The notes under the pieces were generated by a model. The model saw nothing but the letters and a program-made list of their open reading frames with translations. It was not told the origin of the DNA and did no database searches. The translations under genes were made by a program, and so were the position numbers. Shown piece by piece: positions 37,388 through 49,349 of a stretch of 64,000 bases of DNA (its first letter is position 1; each line of letters starts with the position of its first letter). This DNA comes from Auanema rhodensis (lineage: Eukaryota > Animalia > Nematoda), in the NCBI GenBank assembly GCA_964057225.1, contig OZ059894.1, forward strand, positions 15,562,001 to 15,626,000. The letters run 5' to 3'.

Positions 37388-40300
37388 CTCTTTTATGACT
37401 GACTGATAACTGGATGAGGTCATTACGTATTTTGTCTTTAATTTTCTCATAATGATGCTGGAAAGATCATTTTTTCATCTATTGCTCATAATGATATAGT
37501 AAACAGAATAAAACACGAATACACTTTTCTCGTTTTCATTCCATTTTTTCATTTTTTTTTGTGATCATCAAATCATCTGAATCGTTCATTCGCTCTTTCA
37601 TGTTGTCTCCGATAAATACATTCTAAAACTTTCTTTTTGTCAAGTAACTAATGATATATCTGTCGTATTCTTATGTTTCCCTTTCATAATATATATGTAT
37701 TTTTCTAAATGTATTTCTCAATATCGTTTACATAGTCTTTGACTTGAGTTTACTCATTGAAGCCCAATCAGAAACGTGCAGAAAGTACTTCACTGTTATC
37801 TATATGTAGAACTCATTTTGAACTAACGGAGTACTCTGAGGCTTATATGACCGAAAACAAGTCAGATGTGAAGCTGTATGACTACATAAAGAGTTCTCAC
37901 GACGTTTAAGGATATTGTGTTATCAATCTATTTTCAATTTCTAATTTTACCTTTAATATTTTTTCGGTTGTTTTCCAATGATCATAAGAACTTTCTTTCT
38001 TCTCATATATTTCTTTCAGTAGTTTGAAGATCCACTGGACACCCACTAGGTCTCGTGAACCACGTCGTTGATGATGACGATAGTTGCTAGCGATAAACAG
38101 GCTTGTTTTCGTGTCTTACCAGACTCTAGCTCATGGATGCATTCTAGCTCACACACACTTTTCTTCATGAAGAAATAGAGTATATGAGTAGAAGAGAGAA
38201 AGGAGATGAAAGAAAGAGTAAGAAAGAGAAATAGAAGAAGACAGAGGGCAGAAGGCAGCGCCTGTGAAAAGGAAGTGAATTGATGTAAAAGATAGATTTT
38301 TAGATAAAAAGTTCAAATAAGAAAACAGTTGGAATTACCATGAACAAAAACTTCACGTAATCACTAAGCTATTAAAAAAATGTTTCACAAATATAAAAAA
38401 AAAGTCTGTTGAGTATACTAAAGTGAGAATGACATAAATTGCTTTGAAAGTTCGGTAGCTCACCCAATTTTTTTCCACAAACTATATAAATTTCGATTTG
38501 GATTATAGTTTTTCTTTGAAGTATTTGTTCTTTTTTTTTGCAACTTTTTGTATGCTTGGTAGACATATGAAATGCATTTCTGATTATCATAGCTTACCAG
38601 AAAAAAAAGACAAAAATGAAAAGAAATGTAAGATATATTTGTGGAGGTTTATAAAAAAATTGCTTACGTAATATCATTAATTTTCTGGAAATCAAAAATT
38701 TGTTTGTGATGAGTTGAACTTTTCTAGTCGTTCCACTAGACTTTTTATCGCTTTGTAAGATTTGGAGGTAAATATCACATGTTTTAGATGATTTAAATGA
38801 AAGTAAAAGATAATAGAAAATAGAGAGTAAAAAAAGAGGGAAAGATAGGTGAAGAAGAGGAGGAATAAAGAAAAAGAGTGAGAATTAGAGAGAAAACAAT
38901 TTGCTTGGATGACTAGCTTTCATATATCTTTCCACTCATTTCTCTTTCATTTTCTCTATCTCTCTCTCTTCAATATTCCATTAACTAGTACATTCTCTCA
39001 TATTTCTCTCTTTCTCGATTTCTCCCCCAAAAATTGTGTGTCGGCGTTTCAGCTCACTGGTCTCAACCCAAGGACCCGACCCATGTGTTGTTGGGAGGGG
39101 AGGGGGCAGTGCTTATACTAGGGTCTGCCTGACGAACTGGCTGGTGGCTTTGCTTCACAACCAGGCTGGTCTTTCACATTTCACTGACTAACATCATTAC
39201 GACATTCTTTTCAAATGTAGTTCAACTCTGAGTTTAACGCTTTAGGTGTTTTTGTGTGGCTTTATTGTATACAATTCAATTTCCTTTTTACTTTGTATTT
39301 GAATATTTTTCTTCAAATTTCTTATTAAAATGATGTGCATAAGAGTTCGCAAAGATACAGCTTGCACTTATCTGCATGGCATAGCCCCATTTTAGCCACG
39401 AGATGCGGCCTCAAGGCATACGTTGGAATGCTATACTTATGTTATTCTGCCTTCAAATTCCTAGGCTTCATTCAATTTTTCGTACTTAATTCACATTTCC
39501 TGTATTTCCTTCCAGAATATTGGTGTTTGATACTATAATCCGCTTAATTATTTTGAGAACATGACCCCAAGTAACTATAAAAGTTTATAAACTGTTCATA
39601 AACTTATAAAACAAATAATATAGCTTTCTCATATTTGTTAGCCATATGAGACATGAAATACTAAATATTCTCATTCAAATAGAGCAATTTGGAGCATTTT
39701 TTATCGAAATAGGTGCATTTTCTTTTCTTTTTTATTTATAACTGCAAATTCGTATAGTATTACACAAGATATTTAACTATGTATCTCATATATATATTTA
39801 TTTTCCTTGAAGCTCATATTAAAGTTGAAACCTACTATCTTTAAACATTTTTTTCTTTGAATTTTCATGGATTTTTTATTATTGATTGTGAAAATAACTT
39901 TCATATCAACATGTGCTTTAACGGTTTTTGTGTTTCATTTTACCTGTTTTTCTTTAGTAATTATGTTATGGCGTCATTTTGAAATACCTCAGGCTATAAC
40001 AGATTATAGGCCCTTTCCAAGAAGCATAAACAGGTCTCGCGGTTTCCCACTCACACTATCTGTTGTTCACTGCTCTCTCATGATATTTTATGAACACGCT
40101 TAGGCTGTTCCATTTATACACTGTAAACAGACTATTTTCTCGAAATTTCTAATAAAATTACGCCCAGCTGTTAATGATTCCTATTTTTCTTTTTTTCTTT
40201 TAACTTTGTTATTGTTTTCGTTCTGTTTATGAAAATTTTGCTTTTATTCGCTTGTTTAAAAAATCAACTTCTGCCCATTTGAAGTATTTGTGTTTTAGAA

Positions 40301-42904
40301 ACAAATACTTCTCCATCTGCTTTAATCTTCTCGAATCTTCTATTCATCTATTTGTCATCTTCAAATATCTTATCCAATTCCTCATACCTTCTAAAGCATC
40401 GGAACTCCGTATAATCTTTTTCATTAATCTGTTGTTTGTGATGATCACATCAATGTGGGCTTCGACCCTCGTGCTATATCGCAGGCACTCTCCACGCGCT
40501 TACTCTTCTTCTCTACCTCCGATATTGTTCGTTCAAAGTCCCTGTTTCATGTGTTTCTCGTCTACAAATGGAGATTGACTTGTGCATCTGACACTCGTCA
40601 ACGACGACGTCTGATTCGACATCCGGCTTCGTGCCTTAGATTTCGTGCGGGCCCAAAGCAACCAGCCAACACGACTGCCAAGTTCAGCTTCAGCTTTTTT
40701 GTTGTTCTGCCGACTTTGTCCATTTCTTTCTCTGCTTCTTTTTCACTCCCTCTTCGTCTCCTAACATGTAACACTATTTCGTTCTCTTTTTGAATTGGCG
40801 CTTTTGGAAGAAGAAAAACAATCGACTTGCTCCCCTTTATTTCTTTTCGTTGACGGAGTTAGTCTGTTCCGTCGTCTGTTGCATTTTCTCATTCACTTCG
40901 GTTTCCCACCACTTTTCAATTTTTTGAAATAATTTTGTGAAATGTTCATATAATCTCCGTTCTCCTGCTTAATATAATGTGTGTTTTTCGTTTTCTACAG
41001 CCACGTTATTCCAGCATTTCAAAAAGATTTCATGCTACCCCCCATGGCAATTTTTGCGTTTCAGTTCCCTTTTCAAGCTAAATCATATACGTTCGTCCAT
41101 ACATACATGTATACATGTCTTTTACTTTTTATCTTTCACTTCCTCCATTCGTCTTTATCCAAAAATTGTCATTTTGCATCACGCTTTCGTTAATTGTTTT
41201 CTCATTTTCCATGAAATCATACATTCATATTTCCTTTTTACTATTTCTTTCTGCATTTTTCTGAAATAACCACGATCTTTACCCATCATTCGACATCTGT
41301 TCTTATATTTCCATTCCGATTTTACTGAGTCTCCATTTCATTATTTTTCCACACATTCGAAATACAGATGTTTCAAGATTTTCATTATCTGCTTGTTCGC
41401 CCTTCAAGGTCATTTGTCATGTTTTCTCTCAATAGTGCATACAATGACTCAGCACAGTCGGGCTTATTTATTGTTTTTATTTTTTATATTCTTTGAAACA
41501 AAAACCAAAAGATTATCAGTCATAAAGATAAATCCATAACGCATTTTTGTTCAACCGTCGTGCCAAGCCAGCTCGTTTTCGACATTCACCAAGCCTCCTT
41601 CTAACGTATTCCAATATGCGACCTTGAGCTTTTCCCCCTATCATGACTTCCTCTTCCATCTGTTTCTCGTATTGCAATTATTATTGACCACCAAACAAGG
41701 ATATTGCATGAAGTTTTCTTTTATTTTCGTTTTCTCTCAATTTTTTCATTGATTGCTTATGTTTTTCATGCCTATGTTTGTCTTTTCTTCCATATATTTG
41801 ATAGTTTTTGAGAGGACTATTGCTGTCTTAAAACACTGTTCTTGGAAATATTTTAAAATACTTTCCTTAAATGTGAAGTGAGCTCTGCTCGTTAGTTGTT
41901 ATTTCCACTTGCTAGAGATATTCTACGTGAACTGCACGTGAAAAACAGTGTAGTTTCCTGCTTGAGAGATGTAATAAACGGTTGCATTTCACTCTCATTC
42001 TCACAAATTCTTCTTTTCTGTAATCACATGGCATCCTAGCTGACCGCTTACTACTGTTCTTCAAAACTAATGTGACAAGAGAACTAATATTGAAAGATGA
42101 GTTGCACGAGATGATAAGGCTTCCACGGAAGTGTCAGACCGGGGGGGTTGTATGTGTGCGTGTGTATACGAGCACCTATCTTTGCATGTGGTCAGAGCTA
42201 CTTCTTATCTAAATTTATTTAATTCTATTGCTTGTCTTTAGACTTCCTCGTTTACGTTCAATAATTCGTTTTTGATTTTTGTTATCATTTTCCTACCAGA
42301 GACTAATTATGATTTGTAGTCTAGAAACTGTGAACATTCTATTGATAGTAATTAAGTCATAAGTTAGAAAAGCTAGCGCTTGAATAAATAAAAGAAGTGA
42401 AAGCGATGAAATGAATCGGCGTATTCTATCGGGTGCAGCATAGCTAGACCGAGAAATGTACGATAAAACTCCATTCACCCAGTACTTTGATCGACCACTA
42501 ATTTTCAAAAGACATAAAGCTTATCACGAGGTAAACTGAGACTATCCAATAGGCGTATCCTGAACAGTCGTGCAGCACAGAGAACACGATGAGGCTCCTG
42601 TCTGCCATTTCATCGACAACGTGCTTTTCCAAAGATTACTGCAATTGCGATTTTTGAATTCTGGATATTTTTCATCAAAATGCATATGTTTTTCATTCAT
42701 TTTTCTGTGTTTTCCTTAACATCCATACAGCCCTATATGCTTCATATTCTCTATATTGTTATTTGTTTTTCTCGTTTTTTCTTGTTTTTTTTTTCATCTT
42801 TTCGATATATCTTCGAAGATCTTATCATATACTTCAATTTTTTAATTCATTATTCCAGCTCTAAATCCTAATTTGTATTCGTTACTGCGACGTTTCTCGT
42901 TCTC

Positions 42905-45386
42905 ATGTCAACGACTCCATCAAAAGCTGTTGAGTAAGTTCATTTTATTTGAAATTTATTTTTCTACTTCATCATCATCACGAGTTTTAAACTTAAAAAT
43001 GTATTGTTCCATCACAATTGGCTACAGACTGTTCACATATCATAATCAAGTCGCACTTTGCCCTATAATCATATGTTTTGTAAAACTTTCCCTTTTCAGT
43101 GATCTTTCAATTTTCAACCCATCATGCTCATACGTGCCAGATGATCAGATATGTCCAGATTTGCTTGAGGGTATATTCGCCAATGTTGCACGAATTGCTC
43201 CAATCAAGAAATCATTAGAGATGAAGGTTCGTGTTATTATTTAAATTTTTTTATTTATTAATTACTACTATACATATACTTAATTAGTTAGTTAGTTAGT
43301 TAGTATGACTGTTCTGGTTATTTTTATATGAAAAATCAAACTTTATGTCTTTTCATTATTTTCTTTGAAATAACAAAGGAAATACCTTATGGCCCATGTG
43401 ATTGTAAGATTGATTTTCGATGTTTTCTGCACTTTTTCATCAAAATTTCTATTGTAAATTCATTTATTTGATTGATATAAGAAGGAAAAGAAAGAGTCTA
43501 TTATGTCTTTTACTTAATCACATTGCATATCAGATGATCTATTTTGAGGTAATGTGATGGAAAATCCTTCTGAACTATATGACCTTTTGTATTTGTTTAA
43601 GATAAAATTAACTTTTTTCTGATTAGCAAAAGTGAATCATCTCTTCAAGATTATGCAAAATTGAATCGTCTTGTCTGAAATTGGTTTTTAGCTTTTTGCT
43701 AATTTCGACTTGCAGCTATCCTACCACAACATCATCATATATAAATTATTTTATTTATGAATATTGTGCAACTTTGCTGTATTTTTAATATGTATATGTT
43801 GTTATTTAAAAATATTTTTCATTTTCAGAAGCTTAATTCACAAGCTGAACGTGTCATAGCTCGTGCCTTATCTCGTAATGATCATCTTCGAATAGATATT
43901 CATGAGCCAGCTCAGTATCGCATGATTGGGTTGAGTCGTGAGAAGATAAAACATCCAGATCCTATTATTTACATTCAGGTTAGTTCTTCAATGAAAGATT
44001 AGCATAATCTATGTGTTATATTTTCAGGGATCACATGTAACACCTGATGAAGCAGAAGCCATTATTTGTGATTTATTAAAGAATATCATTGTACTCAAGC
44101 GTTTATCAATTACTGTAGAAGATCCAGATTTAAATAATTTAAATATATTATTAGAACATATAATTAAAGCAGGTAATTATACATTCAAAGCTTTCTTATA
44201 TTTAATTCTTATCCTTTATAGAAAATGTTAAACTTGAAACTTTACAAGTTCATCGTCGTAAGGGTGGACAGTCAATTCCTAAAATCGCTCAACTTATTAA
44301 AGCTAATGCTAAAACTTTGAAAGTTATTGGCCGCATTGGTTTGCAGGAAGCTGCTGAAGGATGTACTGAAGATGTAAGTTTCCATTCGTTAAACTTGATA
44401 AACGTGAATAAACTATTCCACCTGGTATGCATTGACACAATGATGTGTGTTGTTGTGCTGAGGGGAAAATGTTTTTTGTTTAAATTTAGCTTGAAACTTC
44501 TAAATCTCTTTGAGTTTATGTGACGGCTGTCAGCTTCTTGTTGTCTATCAACTTGAAGTCTTATGAGAGCGAGTAGCAATACATTGACCTAAGGTCTATG
44601 AGTTGCGTTGAGCTTGTGAGACATTGAAATGTTTCATGATGATGTGTTGTTATGATATTGATACAACTGTTGCATGTAAACAGCAAATAATGAAAGTGAT
44701 TCCGATGACAGTCGCAACTCACAGTTGTTTGACCCAGAACCAAATGTCTAAAAAGTCAAAATCTGTCAATATACTTGTTACTTTGAACTTATACTGTTTA
44801 TAAATAGAAGAAAAATTAATGAAATTTGTTGAAATGGCTTTTCAAAACAACAAAAATTCAAAATAGAATGAAAGAAAATCGAAAAGGAGGAGAGGGACTG
44901 AAATTTCGTTGAATCTATTAAAATATATTTTGTTTTTCAGTTGAAATTAGAGAGATTGTCATTAATGACATTTGATCTTGGTTTGGATGCTTCTTCTAAC
45001 CGTATATTCGATCATCTTGCTGCTATAATTCGATCAAAAGTTGTGTTCAAACATCTTTCATACACTTCATTTGTTGGATTTGATCCTACAGATGAAGTAA
45101 TTCAGGTTAGTATCTACATAATCACTATTGTTATCATCCAAATCGTATTTTCCAGAATTTCCTTGATGCATGCGGAGTGGAAAGTCTACGTTTAACGATG
45201 ATGAAAGGTCCATATATTCCTCAACAACCCGAATACATGGTAGGGAAAGTTCGACGTGTACAACACTTGGAGATGGGTGAAGTAGTAGATAAGCCAAATA
45301 TCTTCAACTCACTTGTAACATATGAGAAGATGTTTCTTAAAGTTTTTCCTAATGTCGACGATATTCACTACTTCCAACAGTGGTGA
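42905..45386 (+). CDS. Uncharacterised protein with a degenerate F-box-like N-terminus and LRR-like repeats
   Basis: Seven exons in frame: MSTTPSKAVDDLSIFNPSCSYVPDDQICPDLLEGIFANVARIAPIKKSLEMKKLNS...LKRLSITVED...LKLERLSLMTFD...KVFPNVDDIHYFQQW-stop. The gene is clear; the family call is tentative. Confidence 0.8.
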
Positions 45387-46209
45387 AGTTTGGATTGCTT
45401 CAGCCTATAATAATCAATGTTAATCTTTCAAATATAAAATAGAGTCAGCATAAGAATGCACGATTTTCATTATTTTAAACATTTACCTGACCCCTTGAAT
45501 TTTATTCTTATTAACTCAGTCATTGGGTCATTATTGACATTAAAAGTAATTATTTCAGTCATCCTGATGACGTGTACTATAATATTCTTTTTTTTGTTTT
45601 CATTATATTTGATTCTATATTAGAATTGCAAATTGATATCAGATGTATCTAGGTTTTGCTTTACCTTTCATCCTCTAGAAGAAATTACGTGTGATATTCA
45701 ATTGGTGCCAATTTTGTTCAAAAACAAACAAAAAATTCAAAACTTTACAAAGTTTGACTGTATATATTGATTGTATATATTATGTATATATTAGGATTCT
45801 TTTAGTTTCCATATAAACTCTCTTTTCTAAAGAACAAGGTAAATGTTTCTCAAAGAATTTTTAAATCATTTGATGATTCTCTTTCTTCGCTTTGTATATA
45901 TATGCTGTGCAATTCATTCATATGAAAGCTCTTTCTGGATTTTCCGTGATATATCAATAAAGTTTAACAATGTTTCTTCTTTATTCAAGCAATCAAAGTT
46001 AAAAACGTACATAGTTAGCTATAGTTAGGGAAAGCAACCCCTTTTGATTTTCTTTGTAATTGTAAGATGTTAATAGAGATTATAAAAGATTATTTATTTT
46101 CTTGGTAAAACATTAAAATTAAAAATTGTAAAAAAAAATAAATACAGGTTATACTAGTTTTTCTATACTAAAATCATGCAGTTTGAGGTGATATTAGAAT
46201 CTAGTTAAT

Positions 46210-48758
46210 TCAGTTTGGCTTGACGTGGTTAATTCTGTGTTGGAATCTTGGATGAATTCTTGGGCGAACTGGGTGGTGAACAAAGTGGTGACGTGAATGG
46301 AATCGTCCACGTGGATGGAATGGTTTCTTGGTCACCTCCTCTTCCTCAACAATTTCCTCAGTAACGGGTGCTTCAGTAGCAGCAGTGGTTTCCTCTACAG
46401 CGGCTTGGGTACTGAAGAATTTAATAGTGAGTACAACACTATCAACTTTCAACTTACGTTTCAATAACATCACCGGAAATGATGTCGATAATCTCGTTCT
46501 CCAATTCCTTGGCAGTATCGACAACCATTTGTCCGTAAGCAGGAACCTCAGATTCAGAAGCAGCTGGAGTTTCAGATGATTCTTCAGCTGATTCAGTGGT
46601 CTCAGATGGTACTCCATAACCAAATGTAGTCTAAAAAAATAATGAAAACGGATACTTGAAAGAAACTTACTGGTTCATCGGCAGATGGAGAGGCAACAGT
46701 AGTGGTGGTAGTGGTGGTAGTAGTAGAGCTGGCTTCGGTTACAGGCTCGGAGGTGGTGGTGGTCTTAAGTAATCCTTTAGCGATCCTATCGGCCCAGTAT
46801 TTCTCAGCGGCTTCATGATTGAGAACGTATCTAAAAGCATTTGTCAAACCATGAATTTGAAAACGAAATTACCTAGTAGTAGTTTCTTCTTTTGTAGTAA
46901 CCTCAACTGGCTTTTCGGTAGACTCTTCCTCGACGACTTCATCAAGAGGAGACTCTTCCTCGACAATTTCCTCAACAGGAGACTCGGCTGGAATCTCATA
47001 TGGAGAGTATGCAGCTACTGGTTGCTCTGGTTCTTCAGCAGAAGCTTCGGATTCCTCGATATCTTCTTCAACATTAACCTCTGCGGGAACGGCATATGGC
47101 TCATATACAGCTTTTGGTTCAAATTCCTCCTCCTCTTCTTCAATGGCGTCTTCAATCTCAGCATCAGTAGTTTCAGAAGCATCAGCAGCTAACTCCTCAG
47201 ACTTTTCAGTCTCTGAAAAAGAGAAGTATAAGTCATTAAAATTAATTGATTACCTTCGGTTTCTGTGGTTTCGGCTGGGACAGCGTAGGCATCAGTGACT
47301 GGCTCTTCTTCTTCCTCTTCTACTGGAGCTTCGGTGGTTTCGGCTGGGACAGCGTAGGCATCAGTGACTGGCTCTTCTTCTTCTTCCTCTACTGGAGCTT
47401 CGGTGGTTTCGGCTGGGACAGCGTAGGCATCAGTGACTGGCTCTTCTTCTTCCTCTTCTACTGGAGCTTCGGTGGTTTCGGCTGGGACAGCGTAGGCATC
47501 AGTGACTGGCTCTTCTTCTTCCTCTTCTACTGGAGCTTCGGTGGTTTCAGCTGGAACAGCGTAGGCATCAGTGACTGGCTCTTCTTCTTCTTCTTCTTCT
47601 GAAGCTTCGGTGGTTTCAGCTGGGACAGCGTAGGCATCAGTGACTGGCTCTTCTTCTTCCTCCTCTACTGGAGCTTCGGTGGTTTCGACTGGGACAGTGT
47701 AGGCATCAGTGACTGGCTCTTCTTCTTCTTCTACTGGAGCTTCGGTGGTTTCAGCTGGGACAGCGTAAGCATCAGTGACAGGTTCTTCCTCTTCAACTGG
47801 AGCTTCGGCTACCTCTTCTTCTTCCTCTTCGACTGGAGCCTCGGTGGTTTCAGCTGGGACAGCGTAAGCATCAGTGACAGGTTCTTCCTCTTCAACTGGA
47901 GCTTCGGCTACCTCTTCTTCTTCGACTGGAGCCTCGGTGGTTTCAGCTGGGACAGCGTAAGCATCAGTGACAGGTTCTTCCTCTTCAACTGGAGCTTCGG
48001 CTACCTCTTCTTCTTCATCTTCGACTGGAGCCTCGGTGGTTTCAGTAGGTACGGCATAAGCATCAGTGACTGGTTCTTGTTCTTCAACTGAAGCATCAGT
48101 TACCTCTTCTTCGGCAGGAACTTCGGTGGTCTCAACAGGAACAGCATAAGCTTCAACGACGGGTTCGTCCTTGGCAGGAGCTTCGGTAGTTTTGACTGTA
48201 ATTTTAATATACATTTAAACGCTCAATAGTACTAATCAATACCTGGAGCTTCAGTGGTTATGTGTTCTTCTGGCACGGAATAGGCATTAGTCTGATGTAC
48301 TGGAGCTTCGGTGATTTCAGCAACAGTTGTAATTACTGGAGCTTCAGTTGTGACAGCAACCTCGGGAATACCGTAAACAGATCCGATTTGTTCATCAGCC
48401 GCAATTGGAGCTTCAGTAGTGGTGGAGTGGTGTCCTAAATAGTAAAATAAAATTATACGAATTACGCTGAGAAAGACATACCAGCTTTATGATGGTGACG
48501 ATGATGACGGAACTTCTTGTCTGCAGTTAATCTTTTGCGCCAGAATCGTTCAGCGTTTCCAATATTGAGTTTGTAACTGTAAATTAATATAAATTTCAAA
48601 ATCTTGAATAGCTTAACTTACGATGAAGTAGTTTCTTCAGTTTCAGATACTGAACCATCCTGCTGTTTGAAATGAAGACGAGAAGGTGCAGTCTCGTATG
48701 AAGCAGCAGCAAGTGCTAAGATTGTTAGTAAAATAATTACTGAGGGTCTACAAGCCAT
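46210..48758 (-). CDS. Secreted Glu/Thr/Pro/Ala-rich repeat protein (mucin- or cuticle-like)
   Basis: Signal peptide MACRPSVIILLTILALAAA, a long array of EEEEPVTDAYAVPAETTEAPV repeats, and His/Arg-rich segments near both ends. TATA box near 48890 and TGATAA near 48822 upstream. Confidence 0.88.
47255..48190 (-). repeat. Coding tandem repeat of roughly 60-90 bp units
   Basis: Near-identical units such as ggagcttcggtggtttcggctgggacagcgtaggcatcagtgactggctcttcttcttcc, in more than 10 copies. Confidence 0.95.
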
Positions 48759-49349
48759 TTTCCCTAAAATCGAAGAAATTATAAAACAAAAACACATATA
48801 ACAATAAAAATAAAAACGATCTTATCAGATTTCAAACACCTTTATATGTGAGTGAGCTGATACTGAAGAACTCAAGATATTCTTCAGCCTTATATAGTAG
48901 CCAGGTAGATCATTTTTTTGTTTACAAGTTATTATTATTGAAAATACAAACAATCAAAAACTCAAACTATACATATTTCATGAAGTTCTTAATGTATAAA
49001 ACATATTTTCGGAAATAATGTTGTAGTTTACTCATGTATTTTGATTTTTTATTGATAGTAGTTAAGTATATGATTTTTAGTATTTAAGATATTTATATGT
49101 TAATGTATTTATAAGAAAATGTATAAAATACTCATAATACCATCTAGTTATCTTTTAATCATATGAGTTTATGATCAATTTTTAAGAATTATTTTTAAAT
49201 TTATTGTATGAATGCAACCGTTCTTCATAGTTTTCAAAGTTTAAATGAAAATTTTGTTAATTCTATATGGTTATTAAAATTTTTGTTCTAGAAAGTGTAA
49301 TTTTTAATTGAATTTCTTTTGTATTTTACGATTATTAGTTTCCAGATTA

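Noticed and set aside
39411-39455. AAGGCA...TGCCTT with a miR-124-like start
   Set aside because: The mature sequence does not match miR-124, and the stem is too short and poorly paired for a pre-miRNA.
47255-48190. Repeat array as CRISPR, satellite or transposon; antisense ORF 47246-47602
   Set aside because: Eukaryotic coding repeats with no unique spacers; the antisense ORF is a shadow of the repeat.
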